Shown: one piece after another, positions 29,198 through 39,250 of the stretch
Layout: every line of letters begins with the position of its first letter
Position numbering within the stretch: the stretch's first letter is position 1
Virus record (IMG/VR): IMGVR_UViG_3300005444_000001
Span: 4,406-68,405 of that record
Direction: 5' to 3' (one strand)
Origin: a virus
DNA length: 64,000 nt
The notes under the pieces: model-generated
Databases searched by the model: none
What the model saw: the letters and a program-made list of their open reading frames with translations, nothing else
What the model was told of the DNA's origin: nothing
Translations under genes and position numbers: made by a program

Positions 29198-29532
29198 TCG
29201 TTGACCGCCTCTCGTCGTCTATTTCGGTTCTGGGCGCAGGTCGCAATCCAGTATTGAATATCCAGCGCCAGTTCTTTCGTGTTCGTGTATTCAATTCTAT
29301 CCCTGAGACGTTTCAGTCTCATCAACTCAATGCAATCCCGCAGATCATTACCGACGTAGCCGTGCTTCGCGGCAAACTCAACTATTTCAGGCGTGGCTGC
29401 GATTCTCTCAGGAAAAGGAAAGCTTGTCGTAGCGCGCTGCGTTCGTTCAGGCGCAAACCTATTCGCGATCCGCTTAGAGCGGTTTTTAGAAAAATTGCTC
29501 ATTGAGGTAATGGCGCGAGTATGAACTTCCAA
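29194..29532 (-). CDS. Hypothetical protein (possible replication-initiator fragment)
   Basis: 112 aa upstream of the helicase region; start uncertain. Confidence 0.4.
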   Translation of the reverse strand: MEVHTRAITSMSNFSKNRSKRIANRFAPERTQRATTSFPFPERIAATPEIVEFAAKHGYVGNDLRDCIELMRLKRLRDRIEYTNTKELALDIQYWIATCAQNRNRRREAVNE

Positions 29533-30002
29533 TCGGTTATCCGATCGGGGTAATCGTAGTCTCCAAAGCCGTCGCCTTTGTCTGGATCATTATAGTCATA
29601 CCAATGCTCACGCCCTGTAATCTCATCGAGGAATGCCCTGACATTTTCGTAACGCGCCACAGCGTTGAGCATGTATTCAAAGTTGCATTCACCGCACACG
29701 ACGGCAAATTCAATCTCCCGAAGGATAAATTCTGGTTCCTCTCCGTAAAAAGGCCCAAACTGCCGAGTCGTAGCCGTGTACAGAGCCTGAATACGGGTTT
29801 CGTTGCTCAAGTTGGCAGCTTTCGCAAGATTGCAATCTTGGCATGCCGTAAGCAAGTTGGAAGACTCATCCGACCCGCCGTTGGATTGAGGCTGGGCGTG
29901 ATCTACGTGCAGTTGAACGTCCGGCGCGCGACGTCCGCAATACTGGCACGTGAAGTTGTCACGCTGGAAGATTCGAAATCTTTCTGAAGGTCTAAGTGCC
30001 AT
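29499..30002 (-). CDS. HNH endonuclease
   Basis: 'RF.IFQRDNFTCQYCGR...LHVDH..P.SNGG.D..SNL.TAC.DCN..K'. Confidence 0.9.
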   Translation of the reverse strand: MALRPSERFRIFQRDNFTCQYCGRRAPDVQLHVDHAQPQSNGGSDESSNLLTACQDCNLAKAANLSNETRIQALYTATTRQFGPFYGEEPEFILREIEFAVVCGECNFEYMLNAVARYENVRAFLDEITGREHWYDYNDPDKGDGFGDYDYPDRITDWKFILAPLPQ

Positions 30003-30010
30003 AAATAAAA

Positions 30011-30124
30011 AGCGACCAAGTTACCGCCCGCATCACGCGCCCCCTCAAAGAACCCAAGTACCCGCCCAGTAACAAACGGAACTTGAGATGGTTTGCGAAA
30101 ACGCGGCACGGTAACTTGGCCGCT
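30011..30124 (-). promoter_or_regulatory. Long-range RNA stem in the HNH leader followed by U-tract
   Basis: On the minus transcript AGCGGCCAAGUUACCG (30124-30109) pairs with CGGUAACUUGGUCGCU (30026-30011), 16 bp including one G-U, then UUUUU. Confidence 0.5.
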
Positions 30125-30214
30125 CTGTTACTGTATCAGATTTTCAAAGCCGCTTTGAGACGGCAACGAACGTTCGCAACCTACCAATTCCAACGAATTC
30201 GTGTCAACAAAAAA

Positions 30215-30799
30215 CTACACGTACTCGAAGGTTTGGATGATGTCTTTCGCCTGGGACTCGCTCAACTGCCCGACTTCCTTAATGTCGGCCGCCCACGGGA
30301 AAGTATCTTTGCAGTCGTTGATGAACTTCACGACCTTCTCTTTCGTGTCCATGCCCTTTTCTGCGCCCTTGCGCATGACGCTGGCGATCAGCGCGGGAGC
30401 GGCCTTCGGACCCGCTTGCCCCCCACTGGGCGACGTTTGGGACTTGGCCGCGGCGGACGCTGGCGCGCCTTCATCATGGGCGACGCTCTGGTGGTAAGCA
30501 TCCTTCCATGCGTCGTCTTTCATGTAGAACGAACTTTTATCCTTACGCTCAGAGAGGTTCATTTCGTGCGTCTTTGGGCCGGTGCATTTGAGCCCGTAGT
30601 AGTGGTACTCCTGCGGATGGCGCGCAAAGAATACCAACGGCGCCCCGCACCCCGGCATTGGGCACACAGTCGGTAACTGCTGCCAAAAACTGCACGCCTC
30701 GATGACGTTCTTTTGCTGGTCGATCGGATTGGCGCCGGCGGCAACCTCGATTTCGATTACGAGCCCTGGCGATAGTTCGATTTTAGCTCCTACTGACAT
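30215..30799 (-). CDS. Hypothetical protein (recombination module)
   Basis: 194 aa, SD AAGGAG, CP..GC...C...H motif. Confidence 0.55.
   Translation of the reverse strand: MSVGAKIELSPGLVIEIEVAAGANPIDQQKNVIEACSFWQQLPTVCPMPGCGAPLVFFARHPQEYHYYGLKCTGPKTHEMNLSERKDKSSFYMKDDAWKDAYHQSVAHDEGAPASAAAKSQTSPSGGQAGPKAAPALIASVMRKGAEKGMDTKEKVVKFINDCKDTFPWAADIKEVGQLSESQAKDIIQTFEYV
30418..30434. repeat. Degenerate palindrome copy
   Basis: GCCCCCCACTGGGCGAC, inside a CDS (TSPSGG). Confidence 0.6.
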
Positions 30800-30857
30800 A
30801 TTTGAATTCTCCTTTTCGGGTTAAGCCGTTCACGCGGGGAACGGCGAGTTAAATTGT

Positions 30858-31496
30858 TCACCTCGCTGTCAGAGTTTTTAAGGCGCTGCGCCACGCTTCC
30901 TCTGATGATGGCCCAGCCCCGATTGCAGGTACGCTAGTTCTCTGTTCGACGCGATACCGGGATTGATTGCAAGTTGGGCACGGTTCGGTCACTTCTCGAC
31001 CTGCGTAGACGTAAACCCATTCACCATCGTCATGAAGAAATGCTAACGGCTCAATTGCCAACACTTCTTCTTTTGGGTTATTTAATGGCATTACAAAGCT
31101 CCTTCCAGGCTGATTCGTGAATGACGACGCTGCCAGGTATTCGACAATCTGATACATCGGCGGATCAAGCTGCCGTGGAGGCTCAGGAAACCACGTCTCC
31201 CTGCGATAACCGTCTTCTGGTTGCCGCTCCAGAAACACTCTTGCTGGTGGCTCAGTAAGCGAGCCATCGTGTGCCAGTGAGAACGGGCCATCGACAGAAT
31301 TTGTTAGCAGAAACCTTACGGCTCGGCGCACGAAAAACTCGGCTGACTTGGTGTCGTACAGTGGCAGCGTTGGATACTTCTTACTGAACGGCTCGACAAA
31401 CTGTTGTTGCCATATCTGCTCAAATGCTGCCTCTCGGTTTTCCATATCCGCCACGATTGGATCGCGTGCAACTTCTGCTTTAGGTGTATCAGCCAT
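30858..31496 (-). CDS. Hypothetical protein
   Basis: Probable start MADTPK at 31496 (SD AAGGAG). Confidence 0.5.
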   Translation of the reverse strand: MADTPKAEVARDPIVADMENREAAFEQIWQQQFVEPFSKKYPTLPLYDTKSAEFFVRRAVRFLLTNSVDGPFSLAHDGSLTEPPARVFLERQPEDGYRRETWFPEPPRQLDPPMYQIVEYLAASSFTNQPGRSFVMPLNNPKEEVLAIEPLAFLHDDGEWVYVYAGREVTEPCPTCNQSRYRVEQRTSVPAIGAGPSSEEAWRSALKTLTAR

Positions 31497-31731
31497 TCTG
31501 TGACTCCTTGATTTCGGTACTCTGCTTGACTTCTCCATCAGTGCGATAAGGCGTAGCGATGATTTCAACTTCGCAACATTTACAGCCACGTTTACGCGGA
31601 GCGATCCGCAAGCTCTCGCCATTCTCAAAGCGCAGACGAAAGCAGCCGGGTGCCGCCTCGTCATCTTCGAGAATTGCAATGGTTTGGCCCGAGACAAACT
31701 GGCGAATGTAGTCACTATTTAGAAAGCCCAT
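31489..31731 (-). CDS. Hypothetical protein
   Basis: 80 aa. Confidence 0.45.
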   Translation of the reverse strand: MGFLNSDYIRQFVSGQTIAILEDDEAAPGCFRLRFENGESLRIAPRKRGCKCCEVEIIATPYRTDGEVKQSTEIKESQNG

Positions 31732-32182
31732 CTTGCTCCTTCCATTCGCGGATACGGACCATAACTTCGGTGAGGGTCGCGCCCATGAAGTGTCGGTTAG
31801 TTGCCCTCAGTCCGATTCGTACAGACTGAGACTCGTCGCAATACTCTGCCTTTGCTTTCCAGCTTTTGTCGATGGTGATTAACCATTCGTTCGGAAACAT
31901 CTCTCGCAACTCAGCTAAGGCTTGCTCTACAGTCAACTCTGCTGGTGCGGGTGGTGCTATTTCAAACATGGCCGACCTGCCCGAATCCTGACGGCCGTGT
32001 GTATAAGCATCCTGTATAGCTCCTTCAATATAGTAGCCCATTGTTTGCCGATCTTCAGGAGTCAGCGAATCTGTTACCGCGTTGACGATCAACCCGACTG
32101 TATCAGTCGTTCTTAGACACCATGCCCTCTGCTTGGTCGGCTTTGGTGCGGGTGGTGTTTGGTTTAGTTTTGCTTCCTTCAC
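31715..32182 (-). CDS. Hypothetical protein
   Basis: 155 aa, SD GAGG. Confidence 0.5.
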   Translation of the reverse strand: MKEAKLNQTPPAPKPTKQRAWCLRTTDTVGLIVNAVTDSLTPEDRQTMGYYIEGAIQDAYTHGRQDSGRSAMFEIAPPAPAELTVEQALAELREMFPNEWLITIDKSWKAKAEYCDESQSVRIGLRATNRHFMGATLTEVMVRIREWKEQDGLSK

Positions 32183-32231
32183 TGTTATCTCCTCTCAGTT
32201 TCGCTGAGTATCTTTCCGTTTGTGCGGACAG

Positions 32232-33541
32232 TTAGTCATTGAACTTCTGCTCCTCGCAAAACGATTCCCACTCCTTCTGAATCCGATCCGCAAGCTCCCA
32301 TTTCAAATCGACGCGAATATCTTCACGTAACGCATTGAACTGGGGCATCAACTCTAGTAACGACTCCGCTGCATCCCATGAACGCGGATCGACACTTGGT
32401 CTTTTCTTTGCCATTTTCATCCTCCAAGCTTTCTACGCTACGGCATCAGGCGCCGCCGATAAATTAGACATGTGGCTATCTTTTCGCGCACTCATGAATC
32501 GAGGCGCAGACGGTACATAACGATCCGCGCAGGCACTTCATGCATTGCTCAGTTTCGGACTTGAGCGCGGGCGCGTGACATTCGCCGCAATGGATTAATA
32601 CATCCCAGTTCTGCAGCGCGAAGAAACTGAAATCGACAGTGAGCGAGCGCGTGAATCGTACCTTTCGCTCCCGGTCGCCGGCGGTGTCGTTGCGCACTTG
32701 GATGACGCCTACGGTCCCGACCTCGTATTGAATCCCGAGCGCCGCGCCTGGGCGAATCGCCACGACCATCATTCCACTTGCAAGCGTTAAAGAATCAGCG
32801 TAGCGCATCAGTAGCCCCTTCATTGACTCTCTCCGTGATGTCTCTGAGCCACGCGAGCACGCTCTCGCTTGGCGCGTAGCTTATTCGCTTGGAGCGCGCC
32901 ATTTGGTCGTTATAGAACTCGTAGTCGACGCGCTTCATCTTGTCGAGATCGGCGTCTTCGCTGATGATGCGGAGACACTTGCGCGCGGCCTCAGCGCGTT
33001 CCGCCGGACTGAGTATGTTGGAGCGCTCAAAAGCAAAGGCTCTAGGCATTAGACATCCTCCTGCTTGGTCTGCTCTTTGTGAAATTCAACTAACTTAGCA
33101 GCGAATCCGCTTGTGTCGCGCGGGTGGCTAAGAACGATAAAGCTGCCCTCACTTCCCGCGCGTCGGATCAGTAGATATTCTTGCCACTCGCCGAGGTTGT
33201 AATGTTCAAGCGTTCGGCGAACCTCGGTCATGCCCACATTCAAATCGTCGTTAAGGTCTTTGGTTGTTGCCATGCGTGTCTCCCACTGGGCGACGAAAAC
33301 TCTGCGCGGCGTAGCAATCGGCGAAGTGAGATATGAACTCGCCCGTCATCCCAGATTCGCGCTCTTTCTTGTTGATTACGTGATACAGCCAGCGGCCATC
33401 TTTGAATCGAATTGTGATGTTCGGCGCGAGCCCGCCTTCTCGCGGGCGCAAAAGCGGCGCGCGTGTGCCCGTGCGTTCGTGATACGCCGAAAAGATTGGC
33501 GCTTTACATGCGGCACATGGAAACCATTCAGGTTCGTTCAT
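32232..33541 (-). other. Run of five small hypothetical genes (32232-32420, 32476-32808, 32795-33049, 33049-33273, 33251-33541)
   Basis: Tightly packed or overlapping co-directional ORFs of 62-110 aa. Confidence 0.45.
33278..33294. repeat. 17-bp palindrome copy
   Basis: GTCTCCCACTGGGCGAC; SD of the gene starting at 33273. Confidence 0.9.
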
Positions 33542-34455
33542 CGCTTTTTACTCACAACTGAAGTCTCAGTCTCGAGCGCGCACCCGGGGATCATGTCGAA
33601 GCGGCTCCCAAGCCCGCGCGCTAAATCATTCATCTGCTTCTGGTCGATTTTCAGCAGAAGCGGCGGCGGAAACGCCGTCCCGGCCCTTACACCGTCCGCA
33701 ATCGCGCAAATCAGCGGTATCAATCCAAGTTTCTGCTTCCGCTTCCTCAAATCTTCCTCGACGCTTCCGACCAAAAGCGCGACACCCTTTTCGCCGACCG
33801 CGGCCTTCTCGACGTCGCGCATCTCTTTGAGTGAGCGAACGCGGCCGGTCGATCGGGAAGAGAAATGCCCCGCGTCTGATTTTGGCACGTCAGGCTCGAC
33901 AGTCGGCGCTACCATCGTTGCTACGGTGCTCTCCGTGACCGCTGCCTGCGTTTCTGCCGCTTGCGCGATGCTGTCAGCCTGTGCTCGGAGTTTCGCAGCC
34001 TGAGCGGCCTTCCCGGCGGCTTCCGCAGCGGCGGCTTTCTCCCTGCGTATCTGCTCATCCTTCGCGGCTCTGGCGGCCTGAGCGGCAGCGTTCGCGCGCA
34101 ACACAGCCTGTTGTCGCTCGACCTCTTCCTGGCGCCGCCGATTCTCTTCCGCGACGCGTTGCTGTTCAGCCTGACGATAAGAGACGATGGCGCGGTCGTG
34201 ACCGGTCTTTGCTTCCGCGAGTTTATTCAGCGGCACCGCGAAGAAAGCGTTAATGCGCTTGATGCCTTCATTGAACGGATCGAGTAGTTCCTTTTTCTTC
34301 GCCAGAAGTTCTTTCTCAGCGGCCTTTATCTCAGACAGAGCGACCATAGCGACCTGCATTTCTTCGGCGGTCGATACGACCATGACCCGCTCCAGGAAAT
34401 GCGGAGCGGCGGCGGCGAGTGTTTTGACTTCTTGTGGGATAGTTGGTTCGTTCAT
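33538..34455 (-). CDS. Coiled-coil protein of the recombination module (Gam/DUF1351-like)
   Basis: 'EIKAAEKEL..KKKELLDPFN...K.IN.FF..PL..L' followed by an Ala/Glu/Arg-rich coil. Confidence 0.5.
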   Translation of the reverse strand: MNEPTIPQEVKTLAAAAPHFLERVMVVSTAEEMQVAMVALSEIKAAEKELLAKKKELLDPFNEGIKRINAFFAVPLNKLAEAKTGHDRAIVSYRQAEQQRVAEENRRRQEEVERQQAVLRANAAAQAARAAKDEQIRREKAAAAEAAGKAAQAAKLRAQADSIAQAAETQAAVTESTVATMVAPTVEPDVPKSDAGHFSSRSTGRVRSLKEMRDVEKAAVGEKGVALLVGSVEEDLRKRKQKLGLIPLICAIADGVRAGTAFPPPLLLKIDQKQMNDLARGLGSRFDMIPGCALETETSVVSKKR

Positions 34456-34745
34456 GCGGCGATAGGTGTCCTTTCGTGGAAAACAATGACTGTGGCGAAT
34501 TGCTGTAAATGAGCCAGAGAGTCGATGAACGGTTGCGCCTCGGTGCGGTAGCGTTGAATCTCTCGCTCAATCAGTCGGACTTGTTCTTCTCGCGGATAAT
34601 GCTTAGGGATTGCGCGGACTCGCGTTTCAGCGGCGGCGCGGCATTCATCGATCATCTGGAAGAGTATTGCGCGTTGGCGCTCAACTTCCAGCGTGAATTT
34701 GTATTCGACGTCAAACGGACGCTGCGGGTTAGTTGGTTCGTTCAT
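34452..34745 (-). CDS. Hypothetical protein
   Basis: Start MNEPTN at 34745 (SD GGAGG). Confidence 0.5.
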   Translation of the reverse strand: MNEPTNPQRPFDVEYKFTLEVERQRAILFQMIDECRAAAETRVRAIPKHYPREEQVRLIEREIQRYRTEAQPFIDSLAHLQQFATVIVFHERTPIAA

Positions 34746-35092
34746 CGTACCTCCTGTGTAAGCCCGCACACGTTGTTAAGCCTATGCAGGCAATCTCGTA
34801 GTTCTTCGGTTAGCCGCATCGCCATTTCCTGAAAGTTATTGCTCTTATCTTTTGGACTGTAGTGAGCGATTTCGAGAATCTTACAGAGCGTGTCGATTTC
34901 CCGAAACTTCAGGGTTGGCTCCGACTTAAACTCAACACTATTACGCAGGCCGAAGAGGAATCCGCCTTCCTGACTAACAGCGCGGCAATGCGCGTCATAG
35001 TGCATCGCCGACAGTTTCATCAATAGATCGACTTCTTCTTTGGTGAGGCGCATTTGGCACTCAGCCTTAAAGACGATTGCTGTTAATTTCAT
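34742..35092 (-). CDS. Hypothetical protein
   Basis: 116 aa, ATGA-coupled. Confidence 0.5.
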   Translation of the reverse strand: MKLTAIVFKAECQMRLTKEEVDLLMKLSAMHYDAHCRAVSQEGGFLFGLRNSVEFKSEPTLKFREIDTLCKILEIAHYSPKDKSNNFQEMAMRLTEELRDCLHRLNNVCGLTQEVR

Positions 35093-35838
35093 GCGAATAC
35101 CTCGCTCGGCTTGACGGTCTGGTTATCATTTCGGTTATCAAACGGTACAAATTTAAGAGAGCACCCCATGTCCTTAGCGATGCGCTGAGCATTCAGCAAT
35201 GACATGAAATTACCGAAGTCGCGCGGGTTCTCAAGTGGTTCGAGCTTCCAGCCGCTCCGATAAAGTTTCGGGTTTAGATGGAGACACGCGCGCTTCTTTG
35301 CTTTGGGGAGCTCGTAATCCTTCGCGCAGCGGTTGTAGGCTTCCAGGTACGCGGCCGTCTGCATTCCGACAGTCTTGGGAATGAGCGCGCTGGCCTTCAC
35401 GTCGATCAGGATTATTTCTTTGCTGAGATTTTCGCAGACGCCCAAGATGTCGAAGCGACCAACGTAATCCATTAAATCGTGATAGACGAACATCTCGACG
35501 GCATGTCTCCCAGTGGGCGACACGAGCGTGCGGAAACCAGTTTCCTGTTTGAAGCGCCAGTACCCGGTCATCCATCCAGCCGAGTCTTCGCTGTCGAGAA
35601 CAGTGACATAGGCAGGCTTTCGGTTCTGCCGCTCGCATCGCTCGATGTCTTGAGCGATTTTATGCCCGCGGTCGCCCGCCTTCTCCTTGACCTGTTGATT
35701 CGCCGCCAGCCACTCATTTTCCACATAAGGCAAACACCCTGTCACACTGGTAATGCGCTGGCCGAAACGCTCGTATCGGTGGTCGGCGTCACTGTAAGTT
35801 ATGCCGTGTTTTGCGAGCAAATCCGTCATCTTGTCCAT
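35089..35838 (-). CDS. PD-(D/E)XK (Cas4/RecB-like) phage exonuclease
   Basis: 'TSVT..L...G..I...E.F.Y....YVGRFD....LIDVK.....MQTAAY'. Confidence 0.75.
   Translation of the reverse strand: MDKMTDLLAKHGITYSDADHRYERFGQRITSVTGCLPYVENEWLAANQQVKEKAGDRGHKIAQDIERCERQNRKPAYVTVLDSEDSAGWMTGYWRFKQETGFRTLVSPTGRHAVEMFVYHDLMDYVGRFDILGVCENLSKEIILIDVKASALIPKTVGMQTAAYLEAYNRCAKDYELPKAKKRACLHLNPKLYRSGWKLEPLENPRDFGNFMSLLNAQRIAKDMGCSLKFVPFDNRNDNQTVKPSEVFA
35505..35521. repeat. 17-bp palindrome copy
   Basis: GTCTCCCAGTGGGCGAC, inside the exonuclease CDS (VSPTGR). Confidence 0.9.
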
Positions 35839-36239
35839 CCGGGGTATTCGTATTTCTTCTGGGCGGCGGGAAGGCAGTCAGCGCAACAGCGACCAGCAAA
35901 TCCTACGCGCTGAGTATCGACATCGGTTTTCCCGCATTCGCCGCAGCGACGATTGCCGTCTTTGATAATTGCGAAGTCATAGACACGCGGAGCCGTAATT
36001 GCTAAGCCGTCCGGGCCCCACAAATTGATTTGTGCTTCGTGCTTGTATTTATACTTATGCTCTGAATTGTCGCGCATTAAAGCGAGGACGTGATAGCCGT
36101 TTTTCCGGAGCGATGCGGCGCGCTCGACGGGTTCGCTCGCGTAGGTCGGCTCAATAGTCCATCCATCCGCTACGGCGTCGGCTACCCACTTTCGCGCAGC
36201 CTCTAAGTCGGCGTCATCATTCGTAAACCCAAACATCAT
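35826..36239 (-). CDS. Hypothetical protein with C-terminal Zn finger
   Basis: 137 aa, CGEC...CCADC. Confidence 0.5.
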   Translation of the reverse strand: MMFGFTNDDADLEAARKWVADAVADGWTIEPTYASEPVERAASLRKNGYHVLALMRDNSEHKYKYKHEAQINLWGPDGLAITAPRVYDFAIIKDGNRRCGECGKTDVDTQRVGFAGRCCADCLPAAQKKYEYPGWTR

Positions 36240-38587
36240 CGCTTGTCTCCATTCTCATAAAACCTATCCAGCATTCCACCTAACTGCGAAGCGTTGTACT
36301 TGCGGAGCATCTTTAAGGCAACCTGAGCCGCCCGAGGCGTCAATTCATCGCGACATGCGAGACTGTGCCCAAACCTACTATCGATGCCGTTATATCCCAT
36401 CCCATCCTTCGCAAACGCTCCGTCGCATACTCCCGCCAGCGTACGGACGGCAATCAAGATGTCGCGACAGTCGGTGACCGATAATTCTGGTCCTACGTTT
36501 TTATTGGGGTTTATTTGGTCACCTGTTAAATTTCCTAACGATTCTGCTGGTGACCAACTCGAAACGGGTCCGCTCGCTTCCAGTTTCTCCGGTAGCGCGA
36601 TTTCTCCCCCACTGGGCGACACGGCGGGCAGTTCGGCCATCATCGGGATTTCACGATCAAGCGCATTGAAGTTAATCTCTTCCTTATCGACGAGCGTTTG
36701 CGCCATTCGAGCATCGAGCGAGCCTTGGAAGGCACAGTATTGAATCAATGAAGAAGTCTTTTTGAACGGATTCTCCAGTCGCGCCTCCGCTTGGTTGATG
36801 TCTTTCGGCACCCAAGACCACTCCGCCATCACACCCACATCGGCAGAACTCATGTCCAAGCCTTCGCAGATTGCAATTCCGAGCACACCCAAACCCGCAG
36901 GCATAGCGTTAAAACGATCCTGCATCGCCACGCGCTGATTTCCTGGCGTCTTACCGTAGATGCTCACGCACCCGGGAAACTCGGCCGCGATCTGCTCTAC
37001 TACGTCGTTGTGCCACGCGAAGCAAATCACCTTTGGCGTCTCTTCCAGCAGTTCTTTTAAGTGCTCGACGATGAACGGAATTCGTTTGATCGCGTCTTCG
37101 TGGCGCACGCGCGACATTTCCTCGAAACAGGCCAATTTGTCGGTGTCGAGATCGCGCACGTCGTCGCGGTATTCTTCTATGTCGGTCGTGACCGTCGACG
37201 CGCGGACCGTAATATCTGTGTAGCGCTTCCAGAGACGATCCTGTTCGTTAATGAATCCATCATCCGGGCATGGGAACTCAATTAGCTGGCGGCGGCGCTT
37301 GGGGAATTCTTTGTAGACATCAGGGAATAAGCGCCTGACCATGTACTTTGATCGCAGGATCGTCTGTAACTCGTCCAGATTCGACGCGCCGTCCATAGTC
37401 CAGCCAAACGGGCCTCGCTGCGCGTCAGCAAATCGAATCGCAAACTTAAACCGTGACGATTCAGGGAAAGACTTTGGATCGATCCAATTCAGCGCCGGCC
37501 AGATTTCCATTGCGCGACCATTTGGACTAAGCGTTCCGGTTAGCAGAGCGCGCTTCTTCGGCTGTAGCGCCTGAAGGTATTGATGTTTCGCTGTACCGAT
37601 GGTCTTAAAATCGTGACACTCGTCCACGATTACCATATCCCAAGGCACGGCAACTTCGTCGCGCACGCGATAGACCTTTTTCGTCGCTGGTACCATTCCG
37701 GCTTTCGTCTTCTTCATTTTTGGTTTGCCAGACTTAAGTAGGACCGGGACGATCATCTTGTCTTTCGGATTACCAAGAATTTGCGCGTTTGCAATTACCA
37801 CATCGGTGTCCGGCCAGTCGCTCAAGCCCCAAGCGACGCCGACACTGAGCCCGAGCGTCGACCAGCGCCTCCACTCGCGCTGCCAGTTCAACTTGATCGT
37901 CTTCTTCGTGATAATCAGAATTCGCTTTACGTCACGGTGACAGTTTGACCAGCAAATGCTTTCCGGGGTCTTCCCGATCCGCATATCATCGCCAAAAATC
38001 ACGACGTCTTTGTTCTGAGCGTAGAGCACTGCGGCGACTTGGCACGGTAGCAATGCAAAGCCTTTGGCCGGATCCGGCACGGCGTAAGATGGCAGAGCGT
38101 CGACGTCCGCCTCGATCGCGCGCGAGGCCGCCATTGCCGCCGCTTGTCGCGCCTGCGTACCCCTTAACAAGTCTTGCGCCTCTGCATCGCAAACAAACAC
38201 GTCTGGCGCGCCTTCCGCGGCCGCCTGGTAGCATCTGAGCGCAATAGCAACGTCTTCTGTCCACCAGTGCCATACCGGAACCTTGGAGACGCGCATCCCC
38301 GCGTCTTTCGCGTAGCGGTTGAACTCGTAAGGCGAGTAATACTTCCACGTCGTACCATCGAAAGTCAGCGTGGCTTTATCCGGATCCGGCAACCCTTCAG
38401 CTTCGGGTAATAGCTCCGCGCGGAGAGCGTCATCCGCATACGCGGCGAGTTTTAAGGCGACTCTCGGGTTCTCTGTGCGCCAGCGACGATTGTTTCGATC
38501 CCAGGTGAAGCCAGCGCCTTTCGCGGCAAATCGCTCCGTGTAATCACAGAGGAAGATGTATTGATTGTCTTCTTTGACTAGGCGCAT
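36236..38587 (-). CDS. SNF2-family (SMARCAL1/HARP-like) helicase
   Basis: 'DDMRIGKT', 'IVDECH', 'LLTGT', helicase-C domain, two N-terminal HARP-like repeats. Confidence 0.85.
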   Translation of the reverse strand: MRLVKEDNQYIFLCDYTERFAAKGAGFTWDRNNRRWRTENPRVALKLAAYADDALRAELLPEAEGLPDPDKATLTFDGTTWKYYSPYEFNRYAKDAGMRVSKVPVWHWWTEDVAIALRCYQAAAEGAPDVFVCDAEAQDLLRGTQARQAAAMAASRAIEADVDALPSYAVPDPAKGFALLPCQVAAVLYAQNKDVVIFGDDMRIGKTPESICWSNCHRDVKRILIITKKTIKLNWQREWRRWSTLGLSVGVAWGLSDWPDTDVVIANAQILGNPKDKMIVPVLLKSGKPKMKKTKAGMVPATKKVYRVRDEVAVPWDMVIVDECHDFKTIGTAKHQYLQALQPKKRALLTGTLSPNGRAMEIWPALNWIDPKSFPESSRFKFAIRFADAQRGPFGWTMDGASNLDELQTILRSKYMVRRLFPDVYKEFPKRRRQLIEFPCPDDGFINEQDRLWKRYTDITVRASTVTTDIEEYRDDVRDLDTDKLACFEEMSRVRHEDAIKRIPFIVEHLKELLEETPKVICFAWHNDVVEQIAAEFPGCVSIYGKTPGNQRVAMQDRFNAMPAGLGVLGIAICEGLDMSSADVGVMAEWSWVPKDINQAEARLENPFKKTSSLIQYCAFQGSLDARMAQTLVDKEEINFNALDREIPMMAELPAVSPSGGEIALPEKLEASGPVSSWSPAESLGNLTGDQINPNKNVGPELSVTDCRDILIAVRTLAGVCDGAFAKDGMGYNGIDSRFGHSLACRDELTPRAAQVALKMLRKYNASQLGGMLDRFYENGDKR
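36604..36620. repeat. Near-consensus palindrome copy
   Basis: CTCCCCCACTGGGCGAC, inside the SNF2 CDS (VSPSGG). Confidence 0.7.
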
Positions 38588-39250
38588 TTAGTCTTTCAGC
38601 GGCTGCATCGCATCAAGGTCAAGCACGAACGATCCGGGCGAAGGGGGATATGGACGTTCCCCGTCGTCGTATCCGCGATCTTCTCGCCATTCGGAAAGCG
38701 ACATATAGCGAGAGTCGCCATAGTCGTCGAACGTCATTGCCCACTCAATCATGCCTTCATGTGGAGTGCGCCAGCGTTTGTAGCCTGTACCCTCAAACAC
38801 AATATCCGGCAGTTGATCATCGGGAATGTGCAGGTCGTCCTTGTCGCCGTATTTGTATTGCAACACAAGGCCATCGGCTTCGGTCATGCAGGCATAGGGA
38901 ACGACTCGGAAACTGTGTTCGTACTTCGACAGACCCATACGTTCCTGGTTGTGCCAGAGTGCTTGGGAGATTGCGCAGGTAAAACAATTTCTCGCCTCTC
39001 CGTCTTTGATATGCTTCTTAGTGATGCGAATCGCAAACAGGCGGTGGGCTTTAAGGACGCGGATTCGAGCGCGAGCCGCCTTGATCGCGTCCGACCTGCT
39101 TATCGTTTCTCTGCGCGGCCCACTTTCAAATCCAACGATGCCTCTAAGATCGCACATGAGAATCTCGTATTCAACAAACTTGCGTTCGTCACAGTAGGTG
39201 ACGGTTCGCGTTCTTATTTCAAATCTCAGGTTGTCGCTCATTTTATTCAA
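38588..39250 (-). CDS. Hypothetical protein
   Basis: 220 aa. Confidence 0.5.
   Translation of the reverse strand: MNKMSDNLRFEIRTRTVTYCDERKFVEYEILMCDLRGIVGFESGPRRETISRSDAIKAARARIRVLKAHRLFAIRITKKHIKDGEARNCFTCAISQALWHNQERMGLSKYEHSFRVVPYACMTEADGLVLQYKYGDKDDLHIPDDQLPDIVFEGTGYKRWRTPHEGMIEWAMTFDDYGDSRYMSLSEWREDRGYDDGERPYPPSPGSFVLDLDAMQPLKD

Noticed and set aside
33230-34287. Long plus-strand ORFs antisense to the coiled-coil gene (also 44785-45555, 48961-49644, 50984-51745, 7456-8067)
   Set aside because: Shadow ORFs of GC-rich coding strands, with no recognisable motifs and overlapping better-supported genes
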